Source: Squalus acanthias (lineage: Eukaryota). Taken from it: a DNA stretch of 64,000 bases. A program made the position numbers and the translations under genes. Shown piece by piece: positions 11,590-24,390 of this stretch. Under the pieces are notes generated by a model. The model saw only the letters and a list, made by a program, of their open reading frames with translations, did no database searches and was not told where the DNA came from. Position 1 is the stretch's first letter. Each line of letters begins with the position of its first letter. Location of the stretch: positions 868,001 through 932,000 of the forward strand of contig CM059433.1 in assembly GCA_030390025.1 (NCBI GenBank), given 5' to 3'.

Positions 11590-14302
11590 GTGGTCACTCT
11601 TTCAAAATTCTGCCGGTAGCCATAGATCCCTTTGCTCCTCTACCCTATTTAAACTCTTCATGTCATAAACAAATAAAAAATCGACAAACATCGGGCGGCA
11701 GCTGATATTTTTGGAGCACGCACGGAAATGTTCGAGCCGCTCCTTTCTTCCCCGCTCCCCGACACTGCGCGCGGGAGACAGAGGCGACCTTTGGCTTCCT
11801 TCTGAGATTAGCGCTGCAAAGAGCACGTTGCACTAGCAAATCACCACCACGCTGATGATAATGAGCAGGTAGGATCAAAATGCCGATATTGTCTGCGCTC
11901 TCTTGGCCGGCGGCCGTTAGCCTTGGCCGCCAATGTTACCAGCAGGCTCCAATGTTCCCCAATTTCTATGTCCATTTTTTGTCCAATCATACCACAGCAT
12001 AAGTCATCCACCTCAGGAGCAGTGCGGAGAAATTTGCCAGGAGGAGGGGAAGAATTTGTTACAATTATTTTCAAAGTATTTTTCTATGAAAGTTAATACA
12101 GCGAATCCTTATCATAAAACCAATCCTATGTTAGGGTAATTATCTTCACAGCAATATGAGGGATGTTGGATTGGATACTGAACTGGAATGATTCAAATCA
12201 GAAAGTAAGTATTAGGTTGATTAGAAAATGGTAAAGTGATAATGAATAACTCAGTTGAGGGTGACTGATTGCTTTAGATCCTGATATCAATGTGCAAATA
12301 TATAAATGTCCTTCTGTCGTGTGTTGTGGCATTTTCTTTATCTTGACATGTTTCTTTACTTTCTCACTAGCTGCTAGGGGAGTGGATGTCATCTCTTGCA
12401 ATGATAGGTGCTTTTATTCTTAAGTTACTCATATATTGATATGTCGGAGAGAAGCGGTTAATCCCTGGCAGTCCAGTGGGCGAGTAGATCTTCATTTTCC
12501 ATGGTCTAGTAGCCTTATGGCCATCAAAAGAATTTCAAAGATACCTTGATTCATTACTTTTTCTGGAATTAAAGACACACTGTAAAAAAATTGAAAATTA
12601 AGTAAATGAAGATTACCATTCACAGAGTGTAGTAACTGCGAAATGTGCAATATTTATCTAATTATTGTATCTTTATAGAAGAGCCAGGGAAGGAATGTGC
12701 CCATAAAACTCCTACAAATGGTGCATTCTTATCAGCAAGCTTCACTGTATATGCTCACTCTAGATTGTAAAACAAAATCCAAAGGCTGCTTTTAACTTGC
12801 TTGAACTCGAAAATTTAATAGGTTGAAGCGAAACAGCACTGGCTCCCAGCTGTAGGAAATAATTTATAACAGTTTATTGAAAAGGCACTGACACATAAAA
12901 TATTAACAGTGAGTAAGTAAGAAAAATACAAAGTTCCAGGCAATGTTTCAGAGTGTTTGCTGAGTAAATAAGCTCTGACATCAGAGAACAAAGTGGCACG
13001 ATGCCAAGCTAGCGGGGAATGAAATCCGACCACTCCAGTGGCATCTATCAGCGCGTCAGTCTGAGCGCAACATGCTCCATAGCCAGTGCTGAAGCCATAC
13101 CTTGTTCAGGAACTCACTTAGACTCTGGGAAAAGTCGTGTGAAAAAACAAGGCTGAGCTATATGTGGACACGAAACTTTAACAACGCTGGAGCAGTTTTA
13201 TCAATGCTGAACTCCCTTTGTGACTGGAAGCCTTTCTCTGATATAGCGGTGTCATAGCCACAGCCTGCCTTTGACCTCAGTTGCATGCTAATATGGCTGG
13301 CGTTTCAAATGCTAATAAAGATACAGAAACAGTCCATTTGACAGAATTTGCTAATGTCATAAGTTTATGTTATTTATTATTAATAACTTGAAAAGTTTAT
13401 AAAATGTGCTTTGTTTTGAAAAATCAGCAATATTAATATCTTGTGGACGTTGCACATGGACAGGAATAATTAATGCCAATTGGACACATTAACAGAGAGA
13501 GTTTTTTGATAGGTTATTTTTCCAATGCTAAACAAATTACAAAATATCAAGAATGAAACTCAATAGCTAAACAAATAGTTCACATATATATAAAAAAATC
13601 CTTACTTAATGAATTACTGAATATTTTACTTAGTGGACTAATGAATAATGGTCTTGGAGCAGAGCTTATGAAACTTGGATGCTTGATCAGAGAGACCATT
13701 TATGGTATCTTTCAGCTCTCATAAAGTAACTGCTGTCAACAGGAACACTGCCAGCAGATCCCGGCACCATCACTGATGAATGTCTAAACTTCTAACAGCT
13801 CAAGATAAGCTTCAAAGGATACAATCTCTGCCACTATCAGTTAGGGATGTCACAATGAGCTTTTTTGGCTGTACAATGATCGTTTAAAACATGCATAACG
13901 ACATATATCAAGAATTGAGATATGGTGGAATTCCGTTAATCCTGCTTTTGCTCCAGGAAATGCAAGCTGTTTTTGTCCAAGTAAAAAGGGCTTGTTACAG
14001 TCGTCATAACCAGTTTTCCCAATGATTTGTCACAATTACCATAATTACCATGCTTTATAATGAGCGCAACAGTTAAACTCAGACTTTGCTGATTCTCATG
14101 GGTTTTATGTTACAATACATTAATATATGGTAATAAGACGTTTTTAGTATCAGTATCGAGAACTCCAACACAATCCATTTAATACAAGTGCAGCGTGGTT
14201 AAATCACCCCTTTCATACATGGCACAAACATTAGTGTCTTTGTCGGCCAGTTCAAATCTGTCAACAAATGGAACAACTTATCATTCCAGCTTGTTTTGGA
14301 GA

Positions 14303-14750
14303 AGAAACTTGCATTTATATACAGCTCCTTATCATGTGTCTCACAAACATCCCAAAGCATTTTACATACAATTAATGTGTTTGAAGTGGAGTGACTGTTA
14401 TGCTGGCAAATGCGGCTGCTATTTTGCGCACAGCATGATCCCACAAACGGCAATGAGATGAATGATGAGTTAGTTGTGGTTTTTTTGGGGTGCTGTTTGA
14501 GGGAGGAATGTTGGACAGCACTCGATGAAACTCCTTGCTCCTCTTTCAATATACCAGAGAATCTTCAATGTTTACCTGGAGCACTGGAACTGCCAGATGG
14601 GGTTTTAGGCTTTGTCATATCCAAACGTCAGTACTTCTGACAATGCAATATTCACTCAGTACTGCCCGAGAGTGCCAGGCTTGATTATGTGTTCAGGTCC
14701 TGGATGGGATTTGCCCCATACTCAGAGGCAATAGTGATAGTGCTATCAAC
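14303..14750 (-). mobile_element. Old Deu-domain SINE copy
   Basis: The reverse complement aligns by eye to the SINE at 29475-29915, including the tail ...ATATAAATGCAAGTTTCT. Confidence 0.75.
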
Positions 14751-15349
14751 CAAGTCAAGTTCATACATAGGCAAAGGGTTTGTCTTAGTATATTGATTCA
14801 GTCTAGAGCTTACCGGCATCTGATCTATGCATGAAACCAAGAAATCTTTGGTGATTGCCAGGTAATTGCACCTGGGCATGTAGATGTGAAAGGTGGCATA
14901 GTAGTGGGTCCAGACAGTTAACATTGGGTGCCACCTCTTATTTCTGACAGACACCCTTTACTCTTGCTCCTTCTTCTCTGCTACGTCAAGTGCCAAGGGA
15001 GCACTGAAAGAATTCTCCACTGTAGTGAACTTTCTGCCAGTAGAAAATCAGTAAAACAGCAGCATTTCCCATCAGAATTCCAACAAGTAATGTCCAATTA
15101 ATATGGGCGGCAGAAATGCGCCAGCCGCCATATTTAATTGGGCTGCTCTCTAGGCGTCCAGGGCCGCCGCAAGTGTTAAAAACACTCATTATAATATTTC
15201 AGTAAGATAGGACCCTTTTGTGAAATTGGTCTGCCCCAGTGCCTGACTGGCCAGGTGATTAACTTGCTTAGGTGCAATCGCATTATTAGCCTTTGGCAAC
15301 CAGAGTTGCTAGTCTAGGACAATATGAGTTTCAAATGTAAAAGTCCGGT

Positions 15350-15830
15350 CTTGCAATGCTTAACACTTGCTGTTAAGTTCACAACTGCCCTTAGCTTTTA
15401 TGCAATGGGGTCATTCCAGGCTGCCACTGGAGACACCACTAAATTAGTCAATCAGCTGTACACAGCGGAAAGTGACAGAAGTATTGCTTGGTAGCAATTT
15501 CATCTATCGTGGCAATCGTGGCAATATGACAGGGCAATGCAATCTTAGAATGGCAGGATTTCCGAAGGTCCAAATTGTGATAGATTGCACCCAGTAGCTC
15601 TATCTGCTTTCTTGCTCAATGCCTACATCAGTATGAAAGGGTTCCACTCTCTCAATATGCAGCTCGTTCACGACCAGCATCAGACCCTATTGCCTCTGAG
15701 AGCTGCCACAGTACCTTCATGATAAACCAGTATTCTTTCATTCAGAAAGGCAACCCAATAGGTTGGCTCTAGGAGATACAAGCTATCTTCTGCATCAATA
15801 GCTAATGACACCTGTATAGTTTCTCAGGAC
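15350..15830 (+). pseudogene. Degenerate Harbinger (HARBI1-type DDE) transposase
   Basis: Manual translation across stops and frameshifts: TALSFYAMGSFQAATGD, MAGFPKVQIVIDCT (from 15550), YISMKGFHSLNMQLVHD, SCH, GW.LGD.SY and LMTP. Confidence 0.8.
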
Positions 15831-17274
15831 ATGAGCTGTGGACTGATGTAATGACTGAGCACACTTCCCCTTCCCTCCACAAATGTCCCAACTCTGTGCA
15901 CAACAACTCTCAAAGTTTCCTCTTGTGATGAAAGCTACTTCCACATCTTTCCAAACACAACGTCTACACACACACATTGACTTTAGTAGAACCATAATTT
16001 TAATGTCAAACTGCATTGTGTTTGTGCCTCGTGTTTGTTACCATGATGTTAGTGCCAGTGTATGAAGTATGAAGCCGTCTGTTACCTGAGGTGAGGTGGT
16101 GGCTGCTGTTTTGCAATAGGATCCTCTTGAGACTGAGGTGACCCTCGACTCCTGGTAGCTAAATCTGGAGATGGAGCTGCAGGCGCCTCTTGTTCTGCTG
16201 CATGGGCAGCAGGGCCCTGTTTCCTCCTACCATGTGTGCTGGCATCAGAAAGAGTTATTAAAAGTGTCCACATGTACTGCTAGCCTGAGAAATGGCACCA
16301 TCATGCATGCTCGTTGCTGCCATGCCGCTAGCAGTGGGCACGGGTTCAGCGTGGCACTGATCTGTGGGAAGGCAAACCTAATGGCACCAATTAGATCAGT
16401 GAAGCCCTGCTTTGTGGTTGTCTGTAACCAAATGTCAAGCCTATCAAAGCCAGAAGAGACAGGCCTCTCTGGTCAAGGACCCAGGTTTCTTGGCAGGCAT
16501 GGAAGAAATGCTTTTGTCATGGGGGACTCCACTGCGTTGGTCTTCAGTGCTTGGTCTTCTGTGCTTGCGTCATTGCTTGATTCTCTTTCAGATGTTAACC
16601 AACCTGTTGCATACTTACAGCATTTTCTACTTCTATTTCAGATTTACAGCATTTCCATTATCTCTTTTATTTTACTGTTCTCCTTTCCAGGTCTCCATGT
16701 ATCAATACACTCGATCTGGCTTGAAATGCGAGGTGGTTTACCTAATCCCAGACTCCTGAACTAACTATAAAGGGGTACATGACATGGATTAAATGTCTTT
16801 CTAATGTAGTTTTCCTTTCTTCCTCCCTGTAGAATAATGCTAGGCTCAATGGTATCACATCTTTTAGACATCATGATTGAACATGTCCCATCCTTGTTTC
16901 CTGAGGCATGATAGACTAGCTCACCAATGTAACCACAATGCTATACATCTATTTGTTTTCTTTTATCTTTTCTCTGTTTCTCAGTTTTATGTGCAAATTT
17001 TCAGTTTGCATTAATTTACAAGACAGTCATGAGAGAGTCGGGCATAAAGAGAATATGCAAATGTTAAAAATGATGGAACTTGCTGTCATTGTTTTAAAAA
17101 AAAGGTTCATCTTTTATTAATGTGTTGAACTCCTCAATTTTACAGTTTTAATAAAGTGGAAGATAGCAGTGAGGGAATAATATAGTCTGCATTTAGTCCA
17201 CATTTACATCTTTTGTTTAGGGCATGCTTTGGCTGCGATGATATAAATTCTGCAGACACAGAAATGGACATTAA

Positions 17275-18170
17275 GGGGTAAAAATTCAGTTGGTTGCGCC
17301 TCCCGTTAGCGCCTTAAGAGGGCGCTAATGGGGCGCAAAGCCGCTAACGCCCGGGCGCAGCGATGTTTGCGCCGCTCGGGAACTTAACTTGACATTGTGC
17401 GGCGGCGCTAAAACTTACCGCTGCGACCACCTGCGCGCGCAGATTGTGACATCATTCCATGGTGCAACGCCCTTGTGGCGCCCCAGAGCGGAAATTGAGT
17501 GGCGCCCCCTGCCTTACCGCCTGGCGCATCCAATGACCAGAAGACTGGAACGCTATCAATCGCTGTGGGGCTGGGGGGGGGGCGCTATTTAAAGGGGGCC
17601 TCTTCCTGTCTTTTATTGTTGGTGGCATTTTTGAACTACGCATTCTGAGAGCGAGAGGGAGAGACTTCTGGAGAGATTCAACGTTGTGTGAAGGAGTTTT
17701 GGGTACTGAGCAGCACCTTTGCAGGTTCATTTTGATTTGCCATTCCTTGTATCGATTTAGCAGAGACTGTGGGAGCTGCACTCTGAGCTCTTTGCCTGGT
17801 ACTCTCCATTGTTCTTTCCATCACATTTGATGTGCAAGTCTCTCCAGGCCGAGATTCAAGGCTGCAATGAACAGGATGTGGATGGAAAGCAAGATTAACC
17901 ATCCCCTTTAAGAACTGGCCCGTGCCATTGTGTGTGTGTTCCATTGCTGACTGACATTACATGAGCTTCGCCAGCGCTCTGAGGTAGCGCCTCACTCCTT
18001 GGCCTTTGCGCCTTAAGACAGGTGTGCAGCGCCTGATTTAGCGCTCCACTCACCTCCCGGGGCGGTAAAAGTGAAGTTTCCAGTCAGTGCCGATAATTAG
18101 CGCCAGGCGCTAATATTTGCGTCCAGACGATATTTGCGCCCCAAATGGGGCGCGACCTAATTTTTACCCC
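17275..18170. mobile_element. PIF/Harbinger-type (Tourist-like) MITE, 896 bp
   Basis: Perfect 12-bp TIR GGGGTAAAAATT/AATTTTTACCCC and perfect TAA target duplication (17272-74, 18171-73). Subtermini are rich in GCGCC motifs. Confidence 0.92.
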
Positions 18171-18901
18171 TAAGACTGTTTCCCTGGGTAAAATGCAAAG
18201 CTCCTTGTTACTTCCTATATACGATGTGCATTATAAATGTTGATCTATGAGCAGGAAGTTGAGCATAACTGCAAGATATCAATTGTATTCATCCTTAAGC
18301 ATTTGCAGATTTTTATCGAAAGCTGGAAAAATTTTCAGGTGCAAAAATTTAATGCAAACTTTAAATTAATTTAAATTTTCTGTTCTATTAGTCTGTGGCT
18401 AACAACAAATTGTTTTAATTGACTGAGATGCTATGGAAATTAATCTGAAAATACGTCATTTAGATGTAATCGACAAATAATGTTAAAACACTCCAATACT
18501 AAGCAACAAACTGTACAAATATATTTTCCTTTCCTGATGACATAAAAGATACATTTTGCAAGGATTATTGTCTTATGGCTCCATGACATTTAGAAATTTA
18601 ATTCTGACCTGATCGTGCAATGTATAATGATTGTCATCTGTAGATTTACAAAACTGAAAACTGTTTCAGAGGTGTTGTAAACGGTGATCAAAGCTTCAGT
18701 GCCAGGACTGGGTGAGTACCTGATATTGGGTAAAGGCAGTAGGTGTAAGTCTGGTTCAGTAATCCAGGCCTGGTATTTGAACATTCAGACTGAAGTGCTC
18801 TGCCATTGTTACGTGTTAATAGCTGGCTCCCCCAAATACTCACGCATCAGTTCTGACCACGTCATGTGTACAAGCTGCGTCTGCACATGTTGGAGACGCT
18901 C

Positions 18902-19871
18902 GCCTGGTAATTTCATGGGAGTTCTCCAGCAGAACCCTTGGTGAAGCGGCATAAGTGGCTAAAAATGGCCATTTGCGCTGTTTCTCTGGGATTCCCGCAA
19001 AAGTTACGGCGGGAGACCAAAGGGGGAATTTTGCCAGCCCTGGGGAGGCGGGCATTGAGGTGGGACGGCCGGGAAAATGGCAGAAACCGCTCCCAACCCG
19101 CCTCCGTGCCATCTTCCCGGGAGGCGGGTCCCCGAGTCGCGCAGGGACCCGTCTCCTCGAGGCAGGAAGGGGATTACAGCCAATTAACTGCCCGTTAACA
19201 AGTAGTTAACAGGCAGTTAAGAGGCTTATCACCATTTTACCCCTGCAAGTGCGGGCTTCCCGACGGCTGCGAACCTCGCCAGGGTCAGCGAGGCAAGCAG
19301 TGGGTCTGCGGGGGTGAGAGGGATCGAAAAGTGCGCTGTGGAGTTGAGTGATGGGTGCAAGTGTGGAGAGGTAAGTATGAGAGGTGAGTGTAAAGTGTGA
19401 GAAAAAGTTTCCTTACCTTTGTTTCTTCCTGCAGGCTTCAACCCTTGGGGATCTGGAGGTGCCTCATCTCAACAGCAGAGATGACAGAATGGCTGCTGCA
19501 TTCTCCGATGCAGCAGCCATCTGATTTCTGGTGAGGAAAGAGGTCTGGTGAGTCTTCAGTACAAGGACTCACATTAGAACAGAGATTGTCAGTGTTTGGC
19601 AGCTTCTCTAAGCCGTCAAATGCTGACAATACATATGTCAAAATTTTTTGACTAGTGAAACATATGCTGATGTCCTCTGTCACCGGCTTTCCCTTAATTG
19701 GTCGGCTAAGCCCGCTGGGCGGGCTTAACAAGGTCAATCAAGGGAAAGTAGCATGGGTTGGCTGGACGTCATTGGGGGCGGGACTAAAACCCGAAAACCA
19801 GCAGTCCCGCCCCCAACGCGCCCCCATTGACAAAATCCAGCCCCAAGAGAGCCCTGCTGAATTTCAGGGTC
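18902..19871. mobile_element. Possible short outer MITE split by the 19023-19844 insertion
   Basis: Imperfect inverted ends GCCTGGTAATTTCATGGGAGTTCTC and GAGAGCCCTGCTGAATTTCAGGGTC. Confidence 0.4.
19023..19844. mobile_element. Harbinger-type MITE family X, copy 1
   Basis: Ends GGGGAATTTTG...CAAAATCCAGCCCC, flanked by AAG on both sides. Colinear with 26958-27758. Confidence 0.85.
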
Positions 19872-20339
19872 ACCGCGTGCACCTGTAGCATGCTTCTGTG
19901 TGCGTGCAGTGGCTGATTTTTTAATTTAACTCATGGGATGCCTAAGGGCACGGCAGAGGTAGTGGCAAAGGGAAGCTGGCAACCATGTGATGGGGCACCA
20001 TGTTTGTAATCTGGGTTCTAACCCCACTGCGAGTTGATCGTATCATTCTGTTTGTGTTAACACTAGCAGAAATAAACTTTGGCCCTTAGCCAAATGCCAA
20101 GTCGTTCAATTCCTGTCGTCAAACTGTTTCAATTCTATGATTTTGGCTCTTTGGGACCATTGGGAGCACTTGCATGGGAGGGGAAGCTTTATCATCACAG
20201 GACACCCTTCACTGTAGCTGAGGAGGAACATTCATCTTGATAGGATAGGCTGATAGGATAAATAAAACAATTGGAAGAATTTAAACTGGGTGAGGGAATA
20301 TCTGTGTGGAGCAATTATTAGGAAAGAGTCATGTGAATA

Positions 20340-20710
20340 CAGCAGGAAGACAAGCTGTATTTATATGAATGCCAGAAAAATAAGGAATAAAATGGATGAA
20401 TTAGAAGTGATGGTAACTAGGATGTTAAAAGATATTATAGGAGTTACTAAAACCTGGCTAAAACTAAAGTCTATGTGGAACAAATCTGTAGGGCTACGCA
20501 GGCTTCAGGAAGGCTAGAGAATGGAAAGAGAGGGGCTTGGCTGGCACCACTTATCAGGGAAGATTTATATACGTTGCTGAGAGGAAGGAAATGGGAATTA
20601 TCTCTTCAGGTGGATCTGGAAGGTGGAAAAGAGAAAAGGTTAGTGGTAGGAAGATGTATTAGACCACCACAAAATAAAACCGAGATGGAGGTCATTAAAC
20701 AGATTACAGC
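20340..20710 (+). mobile_element. Old CR1 ORF2 endonuclease fragment, part 1
   Basis: CIYMNARKIRNKMDELE...DIIGVTKTWL...RPP. Confidence 0.8.
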
Positions 20711-20714
20711 GAAC

Positions 20715-21325
20715 GGGGGGATTTTAACCCCACAGGCTGGGTGGGGGAGGGGCTGGGGGTTAAATTCTTAAAAATAGGAAACTCGAACCCAACCAGCAAA
20801 TGCGCCTGCTTCTGGTTTAACCGGGTGAGTAGCCTGCTCTCGAGAAGCAGGTCAGTAGTTTAATATGTTAATAGGGCTGCATGCCTCAGATTTTAGCAGT
20901 CATTTGGATGTAATGGCTGCGGGAGAGATTTTCCAGGTCTCGGGAAACCCGGCAGCTAAAGGGAGGCTTGTGGGCCAGGAGGAGCAGGACTGCTTCCCCC
21001 AACACCCGGCCCCCCAAGCTAACCTCCCCACAATCCGATGCTGACCCCTTGCAATCTGATGTTGACCTGCGATCTCCGGCCCCCACAATATCTCCCCTCG
21101 CTATGTCCCTGCCCCCCCATCCTGCATTTTCACCCTCCCTCCCTCCCTCCCTCCCTCCTCTCCGGTCCCCGACTACAGCCTTCTGCTACAGACCTTCCCA
21201 CCCGACAGTCGGCCAGCTTCTGAGTCCGGCCGTTAAACTCCGCAGCACTTCTCTGTATTTCTGGGTTTCCTGACCGTTAAAAGTTGCCCCCGCTCCCTCC
21301 CTGTCTCCACCTAAATATCAGGGCC
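20715..21325. mobile_element. GC-rich MITE-like insertion
   Basis: Abrupt GC-rich block with loosely inverted ends (GGGGGGATTTTAA...TAAATATCAGGGCC) that interrupts the CR1 fragment. Confidence 0.45.
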
Positions 21326-21475
21326 AACATTTCCGTTATAAACAAAGGGTCACTTTTAACCTAAACTGCCCATCAGCAATGGAGAATAATATTACACTGG
21401 GTTTAAAACCAGCTTCCACCCAAACCCGTGGCTTTCCCGCCCAGTGAGTTCGGCTAAAATTACCCCCATAGAATC

Positions 21476-22231
21476 TCTTCTTCTTAGGCAGTCCCTCGGA
21501 ACCGAGGATGACTTGCTTCCACATTAAAAATGAGTTCTCAGGTGACTGATGAGTCCAATGCGGGACCTATAGTCTCTGTCACAGGTGGGGCAGACGGTGG
21601 TTGAAGGGGGCGGGTGGGTGGGGTTCTTGGGTTGACGTGCGCTCCTTCCGCTGTCTGCGCTTGGCTTCCGCTTGCTCCCGGCGAAGAGACTCAAGGTGTT
21701 CGGCGCCTTCCCAGATGCTTCTCCTCCACTTTGTGCGGTCTTGGGCCAGGGATTCCCAGGTGTCGGTGGGGATGTTGCACTTTTTCAAGGAGGCTTTGAG
21801 GGTGTCCTTGAAGCGTTTCCTTTGCCCACCTGGGGCTCTCTTGCCATGTCGGAGCTCCGAGTAGAGCATTTGTTTCTGGAGTCTCGTATTGGGCATGCGG
21901 ACGATGTGGCCCATCCATCGGAGCTGATCGAGCGTGGTCAAAGCTTCGATGCTGGGGATGTTGGCCTGAGCAAGAACACTGACGTTGGTGCGCCTATCCT
22001 GCCAATGGATTTGCAGGATCTTGCGGAGGCAGCGTTGGTGGTACCTCTCCAGTGCTTTGAGGTGCCTGCTGTACATGGTCCATGTCTCTGAGGCATACAG
22101 CAGGGCGGGTATCACTGCTGCTCTGTAGACCAAGAGCTTAGTGCCGGGTTTGAGGTCCTGGTCTTCAAACACTCTCTTCCTCAGGCAACCGAAGGCTGTA
22201 CTGGCACACTGAAGGCGGTGTTGGACGTCGT
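21476..22231 (-). mobile_element. RTE-clade LINE, 5'-truncated 3' end
   Basis: RLQCASTAFG.LRKRVF...TKLLVYRA.VIPALLYASETW...HQRCLRKIL.I.WQD..TNVSVL...LRW.GHIVRM...GGQRKRFKD. C-terminal C2H2-like CPTCDRDYRSRIGLISHLRTH and an (AAG)n tail. Confidence 0.9.
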
Positions 22232-22420
22232 CTTGAAGAAGGAGACCATTCGGCTCATCGTGCCAGTGCCGGCTCTTTGAAAGAGCTCTCCAATTAGTCC
22301 CACTCTCCTGATCTTTCCCCATGGCCCTGCATTTATTTCCTTTTCAAGTATTTAACCAATTCTCTTTTGAAAGTTACGAATAAATCTGCTTCCACTGCTC
22401 TTTCAGGCAGTGCATTCCAG
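22232..22420 (-). mobile_element. CR1 3' UTR fragment (host of the RTE insertion)
   Basis: GAAGGAGACCATTCGGCTCATCG... resembles the CR1 3' end at 27780-27970. Its tail remnant CATAGAATC lies left of the RTE at ~21467. Confidence 0.6.
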
Positions 22421-22800
22421 ATCATGGGAAATTTTAACTTTCCTGCCATAGATTGGGACTTGCAATCTATATGTGCGAGGGAGTTTATTGAAGTACTTCC
22501 ACAATCGTTTCCTTAACAGCAGGTGAGGAACCCATAAGGTGGGAAAAATATTAGATCTGCTCCTAACTAATACGAAGGTAGTAATAAGGTAAGTTGAAGT
22601 AAGGAAACTTTGCGGGCTAGTGATCATCACGTTGTTCATTTTAAGGTTGAAATGAGCCACAGAACAGATAATAAAAGCTATTAAAATCTTGAATTTCAGG
22701 CAAGTAGACTTTCAGGGAATGAACTTATACAAAATTAATTAAATGAGAAGAACTATTTAAAGGAAGAATGTAAAAGGAAAATTGAATTGCTTTTAAGGAG
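22420..22800 (+). mobile_element. Old CR1 ORF2 endonuclease fragment, part 2
   Basis: IMGNFNFPAIDWD...ILDLLLTN...SDH continues the fragment at 20340-20710. Confidence 0.7.
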
Positions 22801-22944
22801 ATGTGGGAGGCAGATTTTCCTGGTGCTGCACTTGGGGGTATTGGACTGCTTGGCCTCAGCGCATTGAGAAAATTGGACAAGGCAGGATGGTCAATTTTTC
22901 ATCCATTTCAGTCAATGGTTGGAAAATAAGGTGGGCTTCAATTA

Positions 22945-23240
22945 GACAGTATTTACAGCACAGAAACAGGCCATTCAGTCCAACAGGTCCATGTCGGTGT
23001 TTATGCTCCATGCGAGGTTCCTCCCACCCCTCTTCATCTAACCCTATCAGCATATTCTTCTATTCCTTTCTCCCTCATGTGTTTATCTAGCTTCTCCTTA
23101 AATGCATCTATACTATTTGCCTCAACCACTCCCTGTGGTAGTGAGATCCACATTCTAACCACTCTCTAGGTAAAGAGGTTTCTCCTGATTTCCCTTTTGG
23201 ATTTAATAGTGATTATCTTATATTTATGGCCTCTAGTTTT
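22945..23240 (-). mobile_element. CR1 3' fragment
   Basis: Highly similar to 3690-3950 (CCTCCCACCCCTCTTCATCT...TATTCCTTTCTCCCTCATGTGTTTATCTAGCTT). Confidence 0.8.
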
Positions 23241-23852
23241 GAGCCATTCACCAATCACAAATTACCTAGAAGTGGTGGGCATTGACTGTAGTATAAAAGC
23301 AGTAGGTGCATACCACACCCCAACTCCACAACCCCACCCCAACCCCACCCCAACTCCACAACCCCAAACAAGAGATAAGCTTTGGAAACTAAAGGCAAGC
23401 TCTGTGGCTCACTCTACCACCATTCACATGTTAATGACTTAAAAGAGCTGGCTACCATTCTCTGCTAGTAATTGACAGATCATCCTGTTTGTCTTACATT
23501 TGATATGCATCAGTTTAGAATGAGATGATTGCTCATCTGTGGAGTAATCAGCAGGCCTATTAACTTTATCACTTTCAGTGGGAGTTTCACTCCTGAGGTT
23601 GTGATCCCACATTTTCCTGCCCGAGGATCGCAATCTCACATCCTTGTTTCCCACAGTGCACATCAACACTGAAAAGGCTCAAATACCCCTTTGAATCTGT
23701 ATTTCATTCTTAGGTCAGTCAGTCTTCATTTGGTGAGTATATATATATATACCTTTAGCAGATGAGATTTTCAATTATTGCATTCATGAATTAAATGGTT
23801 CCCACAAGATGAATGATCAATAAGACACAACTCTGCAGTTACATTACATTAT

Positions 23853-24390
23853 GGGCCAAATTTTGCTGTAGCAGGATATCTAACAGCATCTGCTGTTAGT
23901 TAGTCTTGCTCTTGCACATTTAGGTTTTTAAATTTTTTGTGTGGCAAGTTGCTGAAAGTGCAAGCTGATAATGTGGACATCTGGGACCTGAGTGAACAGG
24001 GCAAACAACTCCTTAACCAGTCAGATTGAAGGATTGTGAAATTAACAGCGCAAGGTCTGAGAAGGAAGTGTAAATTAGAGTGGATGAATTCAATGTCAAA
24101 TCAGGTACAGAAAGAGAAATAAAGAGAGGGAAAGAAAGATTGGATTAAGAGAGAGAGAAAAAAGAGACAGAAAAAAGTTTTTTTAAAAAATTTTAAATTT
24201 TATATTTTTAAAATCTCCAACAACAATTAAAACCTGAAGGAATGAGACTCCACACCTGTAATAGTTAATTTCCAGTGCCAGAGAGGTTGACTGGCAGTAA
24301 TTAACACTTATCACATCATTCAAAGGGAATTAAATGGACAAGACTTAACATTCTGTGGCAAGTTTAGTTCGTATCTAACGCACAAATACG
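23853..24390. mobile_element. Probable non-autonomous DNA transposon fragment
   Basis: Starts GGGCCAAATTTTGC, similar to the other Harbinger-type TIRs here. No matching right TIR was found. Confidence 0.4.

Larger units (their letters stand above)
7643..11596 (-). mobile_element. CR1 LINE copy C, near full-length and young
   Basis: (ATAGAAAC)n tail at 7643-7670, ORF2 at 7746-10682 and esterase-type ORF1 at 10730-11589. Confidence 0.95.
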
